DNA of 64,000 nucleotides, from positions 3,502-67,501 of the forward strand of contig CAZBQJ010000003.1 of the NCBI GenBank assembly GCA_964494085.1, in the 5' to 3' direction. Under the pieces are notes generated by a model, which saw nothing but the letters and a program-made list of their open reading frames with translations, had not been told where the DNA came from and made no database searches. Both the position numbers and the translations under genes were made by a program. Positions 46,662 to 55,981 of the stretch are shown piece by piece (positions within the stretch are counted from its first letter, which is position 1; the number at the start of each line of letters is the position of its first letter). This DNA comes from an uncultured Candidatus Peribacteria bacterium (GTDB lineage Bacteria > Patescibacteriota > Gracilibacteria > UBA1369).

Positions 46662-46689
46662 TCTTAAACTAATAATTGACCAAATTTTG

Positions 46690-46702
46690 TGCTATAATAG
46701 CA
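46690..46702. promoter_or_regulatory. palindromic element tgctataatagca that reads as an extended -10 on both strands
   Basis: The plus strand reads TGCTATAAT (46690-46698). The minus strand reads TGCTATTAT (46694-46702), 32 nt upstream of the sufC ATG. Lies between the divergent sufC and 46858 genes. Confidence 0.4.
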
Positions 46703-46857
46703 AGATTTAATTTGTAGTCCATGTCCGACTCTACCGAAAAACTCAACTATCCGCCAGACCATGGTAGCACAGAAGCTCCAAAAGAGCATTTGTCCGACCC
46801 CCGGGCCAAGAAATTCATCAGAAAATAGAGGATATCCAAAAGGATAATTTTGGATTC

Positions 46858-48192
46858 ATGATCGGATTTGAGAAATTTTCTCCCCAGGAAAGACAGAAAT
46901 TATTGGAAAAAGCCACCGAGTGGGAAAAAAATAGTGCTTTGGATCAGTTTCGCTCTGCTGGCCTTAGTCTGGATCAATTGAAAAAACAGCCCATCGATCG
47001 GCACGTTCAATTGGCTGCCATGTTCCTCAAACATAAACCACTCAGCCCGAAGCAAACTTTTATTTGCGATTTCAATGGTAACGATTTCGCCGAAACCCAA
47101 TTGGATCTCAGTGATATTATGCCTACCAATGTTCTTCAGGTAGATGTCTTTGATGCGACAGGCAAGTCGATCTTCAGCAAGGCAGAACGCGGTTTCAAGG
47201 ATGGAAAGCCAGGCTACTTCACTGCAGACGGAAAGCGAGTTTTTTTGCGCGATGGATTTACTATCAAAGTCACCGGCACTCAGTCTGAATTAGCCATGGT
47301 CATACCCAAATTTGGCCAACAAACCTATGAAAATACGCTCAAAGAACAAGTTTATTTGGCAGAAAACGCCCAGAAAACGGAACTCAAAAAGAAAACCCAG
47401 GAAGTAGCTGCCAAACAAGGTAAAACTCTGATCACCACTCCGGAGTTTTATGACCAATCATTAACTCAAATTACTCGTTCACCAAAGTTGGCTGACATTT
47501 TTAAAGATGGCAAATTCGACTTTTCCAAAATAATGGATCAAATCATCAAGCTGGTCGCTGATTTTGGGGTAATTTTCTCTCAGACTACTTCTGATTTGAC
47601 CAAAAGTTTTGATCAAAAAGAATCGGCAAAACTGGCTAATCCCGTGCCTGCCGGACAATCTATTCCCCCGGCTCCGGAAGACCTTCAACCGGCCAAGCAA
47701 ACTATCGCTGATTCTTCCAAATATGAAGCCCTTCCAGCCAATCAAAGAGCTAGAAAGTTGGTCCAAGTGGCCAGAGGTTTTGTGGGTAGTAAGGATTTTC
47801 GAACACCGGATGTAGCCGGTGGGAATTTAGCCTGTGCCAAAGTTGCCTCAGCTATCCTCAAGGAAGCGGGAGTTTTAGATCATGTGATACTTGGAGTAAG
47901 CGGCGTCCAAGCAGAATTACTGAGGAGGGGATGGCAAAAACATTCTGCTCCGGCTGAAGCCGGGGACGTCGTTATTTGGGGAAGAACTCCTTCCAGAATC
48001 GTTGATGGAGTGGCTCGCCCTGGACATGGTCACATCGGTATCATGACCAGCGCGGAATATTCCGTAAACAATAGTTCAGCTTTGAAAACTCCGGTAGAAA
48101 CCAAAGTTGATTTTCATTCACCCCGCCAAGTTTATTTGTTGAGGCCTCCTGATCGAAGTAGTCGAAGCAGCTCGCCCACAGGCATTTCCTAA
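46858..48192 (+). CDS. protein with a C-terminal NlpC/P60- or CHAP-like Cys-His peptidase/amidase domain and no recognisable signal peptide
   Basis: The C-terminal 130 aa carry GGNLACAKVASAILKEAG (candidate catalytic Cys) and AGDVVIWG...PGHGHIGIM (candidate His). The N-terminal 300 aa have no recognised family and no hydrophobic leader. Confidence 0.6.
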   Translation: MIGFEKFSPQERQKLLEKATEWEKNSALDQFRSAGLSLDQLKKQPIDRHVQLAAMFLKHKPLSPKQTFICDFNGNDFAETQLDLSDIMPTNVLQVDVFDATGKSIFSKAERGFKDGKPGYFTADGKRVFLRDGFTIKVTGTQSELAMVIPKFGQQTYENTLKEQVYLAENAQKTELKKKTQEVAAKQGKTLITTPEFYDQSLTQITRSPKLADIFKDGKFDFSKIMDQIIKLVADFGVIFSQTTSDLTKSFDQKESAKLANPVPAGQSIPPAPEDLQPAKQTIADSSKYEALPANQRARKLVQVARGFVGSKDFRTPDVAGGNLACAKVASAILKEAGVLDHVILGVSGVQAELLRRGWQKHSAPAEAGDVVIWGRTPSRIVDGVARPGHGHIGIMTSAEYSVNNSSALKTPVETKVDFHSPRQVYLLRPPDRSSRSSSPTGIS

Positions 48193-48232
48193 TGCCTATT
48201 ACGACGGAATAATCGCAGCCAAATTTCTTTGA

Positions 48233-50755
48233 TTATGCTGATTTATGTTTGATCAATTCCAAAGCTTCTTCAGCTGATAACTGTTCAGCGTTTTTTCCTC
48301 GAGGGATGGCCGCGTTAATTTTCCCGTCAGAGACATAAGCTCCATAGCGGCCGATCTTAGCGACAATTCCATTGCCATAATCTTTCAATACACTCGCTCC
48401 AGGTCCTTTCTTTAGGCCATTTTTCCCCGCAGCTATCGGCATTGCCACAGCTTTCTCGGCATCCTTGATAGTTAGCTTCATTATATCAAATCCATCTGGT
48501 AAAGGACGATTTTTCCCGGCCACTTTCAAATATGGTCCATAAGGTCCAACATCGAAAATCACTTCTTCGCCTGATTTCAATTTACCGAGGTTTTTGGGCC
48601 AGCTCAGTATCTCTTTGGCTTGTTCTATGGTGACTTCATCCGGTGAAATAGTTTTCGGAATAGACTTCATCTTGAAAGCCTTATCATCCTTTTCACCAAT
48701 CTGTAGGTATGGCCCATAACGTCCGACCTTTTTGAATATCTCCAAACCATTTTCTTTGTCTTTACCGATTGATTCACCGGCCGGCGCAGATGAATTTAAA
48801 AGCTCTTCAGCCTTCTCAGCGGTTAAATCAGCCGGAGCAGTATCATCGGGAATAGGGGCTTTTTTGTCACCCTTTTCGATATAAGGTCCAAACCGTCCGA
48901 TCCGGATATGGAAATCAACTTTTTTCCCGCCCGGGGCGATTTGAACTGTACATATTTCGCGCGCATCAATTTCTTGGCCGATCAATTTTACTAAACCTTC
49001 ATGTCCTTTGCTGCCAAAATAAAAGTCTTTCAGGTAGGGGATAGATTCCTTTTCTCCATCGGCAATTTTATCCAAGTCTTCTTCCATCTCGGCCGTGAAA
49101 GTATAGTCCACCAAATGACTAAAATGTTTTTCCATTAATGCTACTACGGCAAAGGCGACAAAGCTCGGCACTAAAGCTGATCCTTGCTTGAAAACATATT
49201 CGCGTCTGACGATCGTATCCATAATCGTAGCGTAGGTCGAAGGTCGGCCGATACCGCGCGCCTCCAACTCCTTGATCAGCGAGGCTTCAGTATATCTGGC
49301 CATCGGTTTGGTCTGATGACTTTTGACAGCCATTTTATGAACATTGGCGCGCTCACCTTTATTTAACTCCGGCAGTAACCTTTCTTGATTCTCCAATTCT
49401 TCATCCGGATCATCGCTTCCCTGCACATATGCTTTCAAAAATCCGGCGAAAACAATTTGTTTTCCACTGGCTCCAAAAACATGTTTTCCATCAGAAACTT
49501 CCACCACTGTAGAAAGCATTTTGGCTTCCTTCATTTGAGAAGCAATCGTCCTTTTCCAAATCAATTCATATAAATCCGCTTCTTCATCTGTCAAAGTACT
49601 TCGAAGAGTCTCCGGTAAGCGGAAAGTCGAACCTGAGGGGCGAATCGCTTCGTGAGCTTCTTGGGCGTTCTTGATTTTGGTCGCAAATTTCCGAGGAGTT
49701 GGTGAAATATATTCTGCGCCATACAATTTAGTCGCCAAATTTCGGGCTTCTTTCACCGCAGATTCCGCCAAATTGGTTGAGTCGGTTCTCATGTAAGTGA
49801 TATAACCATTCTCATACAATTTTTGGGCGATTTGCATTGTTCGTTTAGCTGAATAACGCAATTTGCGAGCAGCTTCTTGCTGCATGGTTGAAGTTGTAAA
49901 TGGGGCTTCCGGATTTCTGACAAAAGGCTTTTGTTCAATAGAATCAATCTTGAATTCATTCTTTTTCACTGCTTCAGCCAAATCATTGGCTTCACTTTCA
50001 GTCAGGTGAACTTTATTTTTACTCTTCAACTTTCCAGTTTCCGGATCGAAGTCTTTCCCATCGACCAGTCTTTTTCCCTCAATGGCTTTCAATTCTGTTT
50101 GAAACTTTTCTTTACGGATTGAAGTGAATTCTGCACTCAAATCAAAATAGCTGGCCGGCACAAACGTTTCTCTGGTCCTTTCTCTTTCGACAACCAGTCT
50201 GATCGCCACTGATTGAACTCGTCCGGCAGAAAGTTTCGGAGCGATTTTCCTCCAGAGTACAGGCGATACTTCATAACCATAAAGTCTGTCCAGAATCCGT
50301 CGAGTTTCCTGGGCATGCACCAAATTTGTATCCAGTTCCCGAGGGTTTTTCAAAGCAGTTTGAATAGCTTCTTTGGTAATTTCATGAAAAACCAGTCTCT
50401 TTACCGGAACTTTCGGCTTCAATATTTCCAATAAATGCCATGATATGCTTTCTCCTTCGCGGTCTTCATCCGTTGCCAGATAGAGATTGGTGGCCCCTTT
50501 TAGCGCGTCTTGCAGCTTTTTAACTTGTTTCTTCTTGGCGTCTGGAACAATATAAAGCGGCTTGAAATCATGGTCTACATCTACGCCCAGACGCGCCCAT
50601 TTCTCTTTTTTGAACTTTTCCGGCACTTCTTCGGCTCGACCAGGTAAGTCACGGATGTGGCCTATTGAAGCCTCAACTCTAAAATCCTTGCCCAGGTACT
50701 TTGAGATAGTCTTCGCCTTGGCTGGAGACTCTACGATCACTAAATTTTTACTCAT
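48233..50755 (-). CDS. topA: DNA topoisomerase I
   Basis: Toprim ATDEDREGE and active-site Tyr GYITYMRTDS. The C-terminus has four GRYGPY-type repeats (GRFGPY, GRYGPY, GPYGPY, GRYGAY) and no Cys4 zinc ribbons. Confidence 0.95.
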   Translation of the reverse strand: MSKNLVIVESPAKAKTISKYLGKDFRVEASIGHIRDLPGRAEEVPEKFKKEKWARLGVDVDHDFKPLYIVPDAKKKQVKKLQDALKGATNLYLATDEDREGESISWHLLEILKPKVPVKRLVFHEITKEAIQTALKNPRELDTNLVHAQETRRILDRLYGYEVSPVLWRKIAPKLSAGRVQSVAIRLVVERERTRETFVPASYFDLSAEFTSIRKEKFQTELKAIEGKRLVDGKDFDPETGKLKSKNKVHLTESEANDLAEAVKKNEFKIDSIEQKPFVRNPEAPFTTSTMQQEAARKLRYSAKRTMQIAQKLYENGYITYMRTDSTNLAESAVKEARNLATKLYGAEYISPTPRKFATKIKNAQEAHEAIRPSGSTFRLPETLRSTLTDEEADLYELIWKRTIASQMKEAKMLSTVVEVSDGKHVFGASGKQIVFAGFLKAYVQGSDDPDEELENQERLLPELNKGERANVHKMAVKSHQTKPMARYTEASLIKELEARGIGRPSTYATIMDTIVRREYVFKQGSALVPSFVAFAVVALMEKHFSHLVDYTFTAEMEEDLDKIADGEKESIPYLKDFYFGSKGHEGLVKLIGQEIDAREICTVQIAPGGKKVDFHIRIGRFGPYIEKGDKKAPIPDDTAPADLTAEKAEELLNSSAPAGESIGKDKENGLEIFKKVGRYGPYLQIGEKDDKAFKMKSIPKTISPDEVTIEQAKEILSWPKNLGKLKSGEEVIFDVGPYGPYLKVAGKNRPLPDGFDIMKLTIKDAEKAVAMPIAAGKNGLKKGPGASVLKDYGNGIVAKIGRYGAYVSDGKINAAIPRGKNAEQLSAEEALELIKHKSA

Positions 50756-50828
50756 CTATTTATTTTTTCAAAAGCTTCCCCAATAATACTGATGAAAACC
50801 ATTCTGTCAAAAATCATAAAACTAATTC

Positions 50829-52640
50829 ATGCCTAAAACCAAAACAGCCAAGCTTTATTTCGACTCTCGTAGCAAGGTCCCGTTAGAAGATCAATGGAAG
50901 CTCCAAAAGATGTATTCCTCTCAGGCTTCTTGGGCAAAAGACTTTCAGAAAATATCCGCCCTCATTCCACCCTTATCAAAGTTCCGCGGAACCCTCAAAA
51001 ACCCGACCAATATTTTACGATATTTCCAGGCAGCGGCTGGGGTAAAGATAAAAATTGAAAAACTTTATGTTTATGCCAGCCATGGGTCATCTGTAGACCT
51101 TTCTAACCATCAACTACAGATATTGACTCAGAAATCGCAAAATCTCTATATAGAATTTTCTCAAACAGTCTCTTTCCAGGGACCGGAATTATCGAAACTT
51201 CCGGATGCAGTATTAAAAAAAATGATCAATGATGCTAAATTCCGAGAATTTCATCGTGAGCTAAGGTCTGTTTTAGCGAAGAAAAAACATATTCTGTCTG
51301 ATCCGGAAGAGGCGCTTTTATCACAAGCGGGAAAAATGTTCAGCGGACCCAATGATATTTTTAGTGCGCTTGATGATGTTGATTTAACTTTTGCAGATAC
51401 ACCAAATGCTCAAGGCAAAATGGTCAAATTGACCAATGGCAATTATCAAACTTTTTTGGAAAGTCCCAAACGCCAGGTTCGAGCCAAAGCTTTCCAAACT
51501 TTTTATCAATCCTATCAGTCACACCTGCATACTTTTGCTCAAACCCTCAATCTGGAAATCAAGCAGCATCAGTTTTACGCTCAGGTGAAGAAATACAAAA
51601 GCTGTCTGGAGGCGGCCCTTTCGACCAATTTGATCGATCCTAAAGTTTATCAAACTTTACTCCAGGAAACTCACGCTTCTTTACCGGTTCTGTATAAATA
51701 TTTTGTTCTGCGGGCCAAAAAACTCAAACTGAAAAAACTGCAAATGTATGACTTACGGGTCAATATCATGGATTCCCAACCATTGAAATTTAGCTATGAC
51801 GAAGCCGTACAATTATGTCTGGATGCGGTCAAGCCACTGGGGGAGGACTACGTGAAAGTGTTGGCTAACGGTTTGAAAAACGGCTGGGTCGATAAATATG
51901 AAAATAAAGGTAAGCGGGGAGGAGCATTTTCCGGAGGATGTTATGATTCCGATCCTTATATTTTGATGAATTTTACCGGTAGTTTGAACGACGTTTATAC
52001 TTTGATTCATGAGGGTGGACATTCCATGCACTCTTATCTGGCTCGCCAAAATCAACCTTTTGGCCTGGCTGATTATTCCTTATTTGCCGCTGAAATCGCC
52101 TCTACTGTCAATGAACGTTTACTGACTGCTCACCTACTGAAAAAATATTCTGCAGCTGGCAGTCAGACAGAGCGCCAGAATATTCTGGCTTATGAAATAG
52201 ACGCTATCCGGGCGACTTATTTCCGCCAAACTATGTTTGCCGAGTTTGAATTATTGATTCATCAATCTTTGGAAAAAGGGGAGCCGCTAACCGCTCAGTT
52301 TTTCAATCAGGAGTATGCCCGCTTAAATAAACTTTATTATGGGCCTTCCGTGGCGGAGGATCCCTACATCCAATATGAATGGGCTCGCATTCCGCATTTC
52401 TACTACAATTTTTATGTTTACCAATACGCTACCGGAATTGCGGCGGCTTATTATTTCTCTGATCAAATTCTCAATCCAAAGACTGCCAGTACCGCGACCA
52501 AAAAATATTTGGACTTTTTGAAGAGCGGAGGAAATCATTTCCCGTTGGTCCAGTTGAAACGCGCCGGCCTGGATTTCACCAAACCTGATCTGTACCGGGC
52601 AGTTGCTAAAAATCTGCAAAAGTGCTTAAATTTACTCTAG
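50829..52640 (+). CDS. pepF: oligoendopeptidase F (M3B)
   Basis: Zinc motif HEGGHSMH. 603 aa, with family-typical length and layout. Confidence 0.9.
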   Translation: MPKTKTAKLYFDSRSKVPLEDQWKLQKMYSSQASWAKDFQKISALIPPLSKFRGTLKNPTNILRYFQAAAGVKIKIEKLYVYASHGSSVDLSNHQLQILTQKSQNLYIEFSQTVSFQGPELSKLPDAVLKKMINDAKFREFHRELRSVLAKKKHILSDPEEALLSQAGKMFSGPNDIFSALDDVDLTFADTPNAQGKMVKLTNGNYQTFLESPKRQVRAKAFQTFYQSYQSHLHTFAQTLNLEIKQHQFYAQVKKYKSCLEAALSTNLIDPKVYQTLLQETHASLPVLYKYFVLRAKKLKLKKLQMYDLRVNIMDSQPLKFSYDEAVQLCLDAVKPLGEDYVKVLANGLKNGWVDKYENKGKRGGAFSGGCYDSDPYILMNFTGSLNDVYTLIHEGGHSMHSYLARQNQPFGLADYSLFAAEIASTVNERLLTAHLLKKYSAAGSQTERQNILAYEIDAIRATYFRQTMFAEFELLIHQSLEKGEPLTAQFFNQEYARLNKLYYGPSVAEDPYIQYEWARIPHFYYNFYVYQYATGIAAAYYFSDQILNPKTASTATKKYLDFLKSGGNHFPLVQLKRAGLDFTKPDLYRAVAKNLQKCLNLL

Positions 52641-52704
52641 GTGTGGCCGGCGCGTCGTTTTGCGCCATCTACCAACTTTCTAAAAATATCTAATTAAAAA
52701 CAAA

Positions 52705-53142
52705 ATGGCCAATAAAATGAAATCTCAAAAACCCTCAGACGACGGAAAAAATTATCGACAGTTAAAACAGTTTTTTAAATTCTGGTTGCGAGTCACAGTT
52801 GGCGCGGTTTTCCTCCAAATGGGCTGGTTGAAATTACAAAACCCCCAAATGATTATCGGTATGGTCAACGGATTACATCTTCCTTTTGCCGGGGTACTCG
52901 GTTGGTTGGTTTTACTTTCAGAACTAATCTGCGGAGGATTATTGGTCATCGGCTTTTGGACAAAATACGCACCAATCCCTCTGATGATTATCATGACAGT
53001 CGCCTTTTTCGGAGTTCACATCAATGATGGACTGGTCCTGACCACCTGGGCTGTGATCATTTTATTCCTGTCACTTGGCATGTTTGCCACTTCAGGACCT
53101 GGTAATTGGTCATTGGATCACAAAATTAATTCTAAAAATTAA
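52705..53142 (+). CDS. DoxX-family membrane protein
   Basis: 145 aa with four hydrophobic helices. The GAVFLQMGWLKL and ELICGGLLVIG motifs are typical of DoxX. Confidence 0.75.
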   Translation: MANKMKSQKPSDDGKNYRQLKQFFKFWLRVTVGAVFLQMGWLKLQNPQMIIGMVNGLHLPFAGVLGWLVLLSELICGGLLVIGFWTKYAPIPLMIIMTVAFFGVHINDGLVLTTWAVIILFLSLGMFATSGPGNWSLDHKINSKN

Positions 53143-53152
53143 AAACACAAAA

Positions 53153-54421
53153 ATGAAAAAAGCTCTCTCCACCATCAGCACGATCTTGCTATTGGGAGGT
53201 TTGTCTTCCCATCTGGTTTTAGCAGAAGAATTACCCCCGATGTCACCGACAGATTTAATCGTTACCACTACCTCCGACGATCTTTCGACCGCCTCCGAGG
53301 CCGCTACACCGGCTTTAATTTCGGCTGATAGTTTGCTTCAGGATTTTACTGACGTCTCAGTAGATAACCCTTATTATAATGCCATTTTCGTCTTACGAAA
53401 TGATGGCGTAATCAGTGGTTATTCCGATAATACCTTTCATCCGGATCAACCCTTAAATCGAGTTGAAGCCCTTAAATTGATCTTTGAAGTTGCCAATATT
53501 CAACTGAATGGAGGTATTTCTCCCGCCTATTTCTCCGATATTGAAACAGGAGCCTGGTATAGTGGTTATTTAAATAAAGCCACTTTCCTGGAAGTAGTAA
53601 ATGGTTATCCCGACGGTACTTTCAAACCCGAAAAGTCGGTAAACCTGGTCGAATTCTTGAAAATGTTGGAGTTAGCGCAAAAGGTAGATTTATCTAAAGT
53701 TGATTTGGCTCAAAGGCCTTATGCCGATGTTTTGCTGGGTGTTTGGTATTCGAAATACATAAATTTCGCCAAAATCAATAACCTGATTGATGCTGACGCC
53801 AACAACCAAATTTTCCCTGACGCCCCTTTAACCAGAGGACGTGCCGCTCAAATCATCTATAGATTTCGTTCCTGGAAAGCCGGACACCCTGGTGACTCTG
53901 ACAGTGCCACCGCCGATACCGGTACTGACGCTGACAACTCAAATCCACCTGCAGGAGTAAGTTTGTCTCCGGATTTTGCTCTCTATGTGAGCACAGGTTT
54001 CAATTTTGCTATCCAGTATCCTGAACTCTGGTTTTACGGCACCATTGATAACAGTGACCAAGCCGCCATCAGGACTTATGGCTTCGGACCAAAAGATTTA
54101 ATCAGCAATCCTCCCTTGGTAACTTTGGAGTTACTTCCCAATCAGTCCGACTTCCAAACCAATATGAGCTTTCAAAACTACTCATATCTGAGAGAAGAAA
54201 CAGCCGAAGGACAAATCGTACTTTCTGTCCGGATCGCCGATTCTTCCAGAATCTACCGTCTCACCGGCCCGGCCAACCAGGAATATCTGATGTTACCCAT
54301 GCTCTACAGTTTAACCGCTCATATCGATGGCTTGGAATCTTATAATCCATCCGAGGTGGCCCCTATCGAAACAATCACAACTGACAACGGCTCAAACGCT
54401 AATTTAATTCCGGCAAATTAA
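53153..54421 (+). CDS. secreted protein with three SLH domains and an unassigned C-terminal domain
   Basis: Start moved to MKKALSTISTILLLGG (signal peptide). SLH repeats FTDVSVDNPYY...ISGYSDNTFHP, FSDIETGAWY...VNGYPDGTFKP, YADVLLGVWY. Confidence 0.8.
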   Translation: MKKALSTISTILLLGGLSSHLVLAEELPPMSPTDLIVTTTSDDLSTASEAATPALISADSLLQDFTDVSVDNPYYNAIFVLRNDGVISGYSDNTFHPDQPLNRVEALKLIFEVANIQLNGGISPAYFSDIETGAWYSGYLNKATFLEVVNGYPDGTFKPEKSVNLVEFLKMLELAQKVDLSKVDLAQRPYADVLLGVWYSKYINFAKINNLIDADANNQIFPDAPLTRGRAAQIIYRFRSWKAGHPGDSDSATADTGTDADNSNPPAGVSLSPDFALYVSTGFNFAIQYPELWFYGTIDNSDQAAIRTYGFGPKDLISNPPLVTLELLPNQSDFQTNMSFQNYSYLREETAEGQIVLSVRIADSSRIYRLTGPANQEYLMLPMLYSLTAHIDGLESYNPSEVAPIETITTDNGSNANLIPAN

Positions 54422-54446
54422 GCTTCGCCTCGATAAAAGCTGATTT

Positions 54447-54523
54447 TGGTCGGAGTGGTGGGACTTGAACCCACGACCTCAGCGTCCCGAACGCTGCGCG
54501 CTAGCCAACTGCGCTACACCCCG
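54447..54523 (-). tRNA. tRNA-Pro (CGG), CCA encoded
   Basis: Hand-folded. Acceptor CGGGGTG/CACTCCG (C1-G72), anticodon arm CAGCG-TTCGGGA-CGCTG, T arm GTGGG-TTCAAGT-CCCAC. Confidence 0.9.
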
Positions 54524-54616
54524 TTGAAAACATCAGATTAGTCATATTTATCGTTTAGCACAAAACCGCTCTAGCCGAATTATGCTTAGTATTTTTTAAA
54601 ATCCAATTTTTGTAAA

Positions 54617-54693
54617 TGGTCGGAACGGTGGGACTTGAACCCACGACCTCATGCACCCCATGCATGCGCGCTAGCCAACTGCGCTACGCCCCG
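54617..54693 (-). tRNA. tRNA-Pro (GGG), CCA encoded
   Basis: Hand-folded. Acceptor CGGGGCG/CGTTCCG, anticodon arm CATGC-ATGGGGT-GCATG. D and T arms are identical to the neighbouring tRNA-Pro. Confidence 0.9.
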
Positions 54694-54789
54694 ATTATGA
54701 AAAATAAAACCCGCCAAAATCTTTCGAACGACTTTACAAAGACACTACAATTCATAACCTAAAAATCACTGCCGTTCAACCATTCTTTC

Positions 54790-54818
54790 CATAATGCATA
54801 ATGCCATCATGCATAATG
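54790..54818. repeat. tandem heptamer cataatg x4 (third copy catcatg, with a 1-nt spacer before it)
   Basis: Copies at 54790-54796, 54797-54803, 54805-54811 and 54812-54818, about 145 nt upstream of atpB. Confidence 0.7.
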
Positions 54819-54962
54819 ATCGTTAATTATTGGCAGAGCTTCAGGCCAATTTATAAAAAAAGTTCTCTAGACTATTGACTTTTTTGAATTTATAAGTACT
54901 CTTTTCGCGAAAATAATAAAGTCTAAGTTAATTAACCTAGGCTATTTGAAGTTATCTTAAAA

Positions 54963-55724
54963 GTGAAACCCATGGGTGGTCTCTCAGAATTAGAAGTACA
55001 TTTAGCCCCGAAAACACTTTTTACCTTGTTTGGCGTCCTGCCAATCACCGATTCTATAGTTATGTTGTGGATTGTCATGGCGATCATGATTGGTTTTGCC
55101 GTTGTTATCCGCCTCCGCCTCCGGTATCTCCCCTCCGGTTTACAGAATTTTGTAGAGTGGAGCTTGGGCGGACTTTATAACTTCATGGAAAACGTCGGCG
55201 GAACAGAAGCCAAAAAACATTATACTTTTTTCTTTACCTTCTTTTTACTGATTTTGTTCTGTAACTGGATTGGCTTACTCTTGGGCCCTGTTTCTGAAAA
55301 ACTGGGATTTCTGAGAGCTCCCACCACCGATTTGAACTTTACCATAGCACTCTCTATCATTGCTTTTATTTATTTCGAAGTCGAGGCCGTCAAAGAGCAT
55401 GGATTTTTTGGGTATCTCGGACATTTCATCAATTTTAAAGGCTTTAAGAAAGGGGCTATGGGAATTATCGATTTTTTTGTCGGTATTCTCCATATTATTT
55501 CCGAAATTGTCCGCCCTGTAGCGCTTTCCCTCCGTCTTTTCGGAAACATCTTTGGAGGTGAGATAGTACTCACTGTCGCTTTCTTGATGGGTAGAGGATT
55601 AGTTCCCGTACCTTTTATGATGTTGGAATTTTTAGTTGGTATTATTCAGGCTTTCGTTTTTTCCACACTATTCCTCACCTTCACTTCGCTCAATACGGCT
55701 CACGCCGAAGAAGAGCACCATTAA
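54963..55724 (+). CDS. atpB: F0F1 ATP synthase subunit a
   Basis: LSLRLFGNIFGGE with the essential Arg, and multiple TM helices. The start is GTG at 54963 or ATG at 54972. Confidence 0.9.
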   Translation: MKPMGGLSELEVHLAPKTLFTLFGVLPITDSIVMLWIVMAIMIGFAVVIRLRLRYLPSGLQNFVEWSLGGLYNFMENVGGTEAKKHYTFFFTFFLLILFCNWIGLLLGPVSEKLGFLRAPTTDLNFTIALSIIAFIYFEVEAVKEHGFFGYLGHFINFKGFKKGAMGIIDFFVGILHIISEIVRPVALSLRLFGNIFGGEIVLTVAFLMGRGLVPVPFMMLEFLVGIIQAFVFSTLFLTFTSLNTAHAEEEHH

Positions 55725-55761
55725 TTTACTTGTAATATTTTAAATCTTTAACAAGAAAAAT

Positions 55762-55974
55762 ATGAATTCTACTATACTAGGTGTTCTGCTCCCGCTCGGT
55801 CTTGGTCTCCCTGCTATCGCTATCGGTTGGATCGGTGCTAAAGGTGTTGAGGCTATCGGCCGTCAACCGGAAGCTGCCTCCAAAATCCAGCTCAATATGA
55901 TCCTGGCCATCGCCTTTGCCGAAGGTCTCGGAGTGCTTACTTTCGTTTTGGCGCTGATCTTTATCAACAAATAA
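55762..55974 (+). CDS. atpE: F0F1 ATP synthase subunit c
   Basis: 70-aa helical hairpin with loop GRQPEA and the carboxylate in AFAEGLG. Confidence 0.9.
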   Translation: MNSTILGVLLPLGLGLPAIAIGWIGAKGVEAIGRQPEAASKIQLNMILAIAFAEGLGVLTFVLALIFINK

Positions 55975-55981
55975 TCAAATT

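Noticed and set aside
46721-46828. 35-aa ORF (MSDSTEKLNYPPDHGSTEAPKEHLSDPRAKKFIRK) between the palindromic promoter and the 46858 gene.
   Set aside because: It is short and hydrophilic, with no ribosome-binding site or motif. It may be a leader peptide or simply 5' UTR. Evidence is insufficient to call it.
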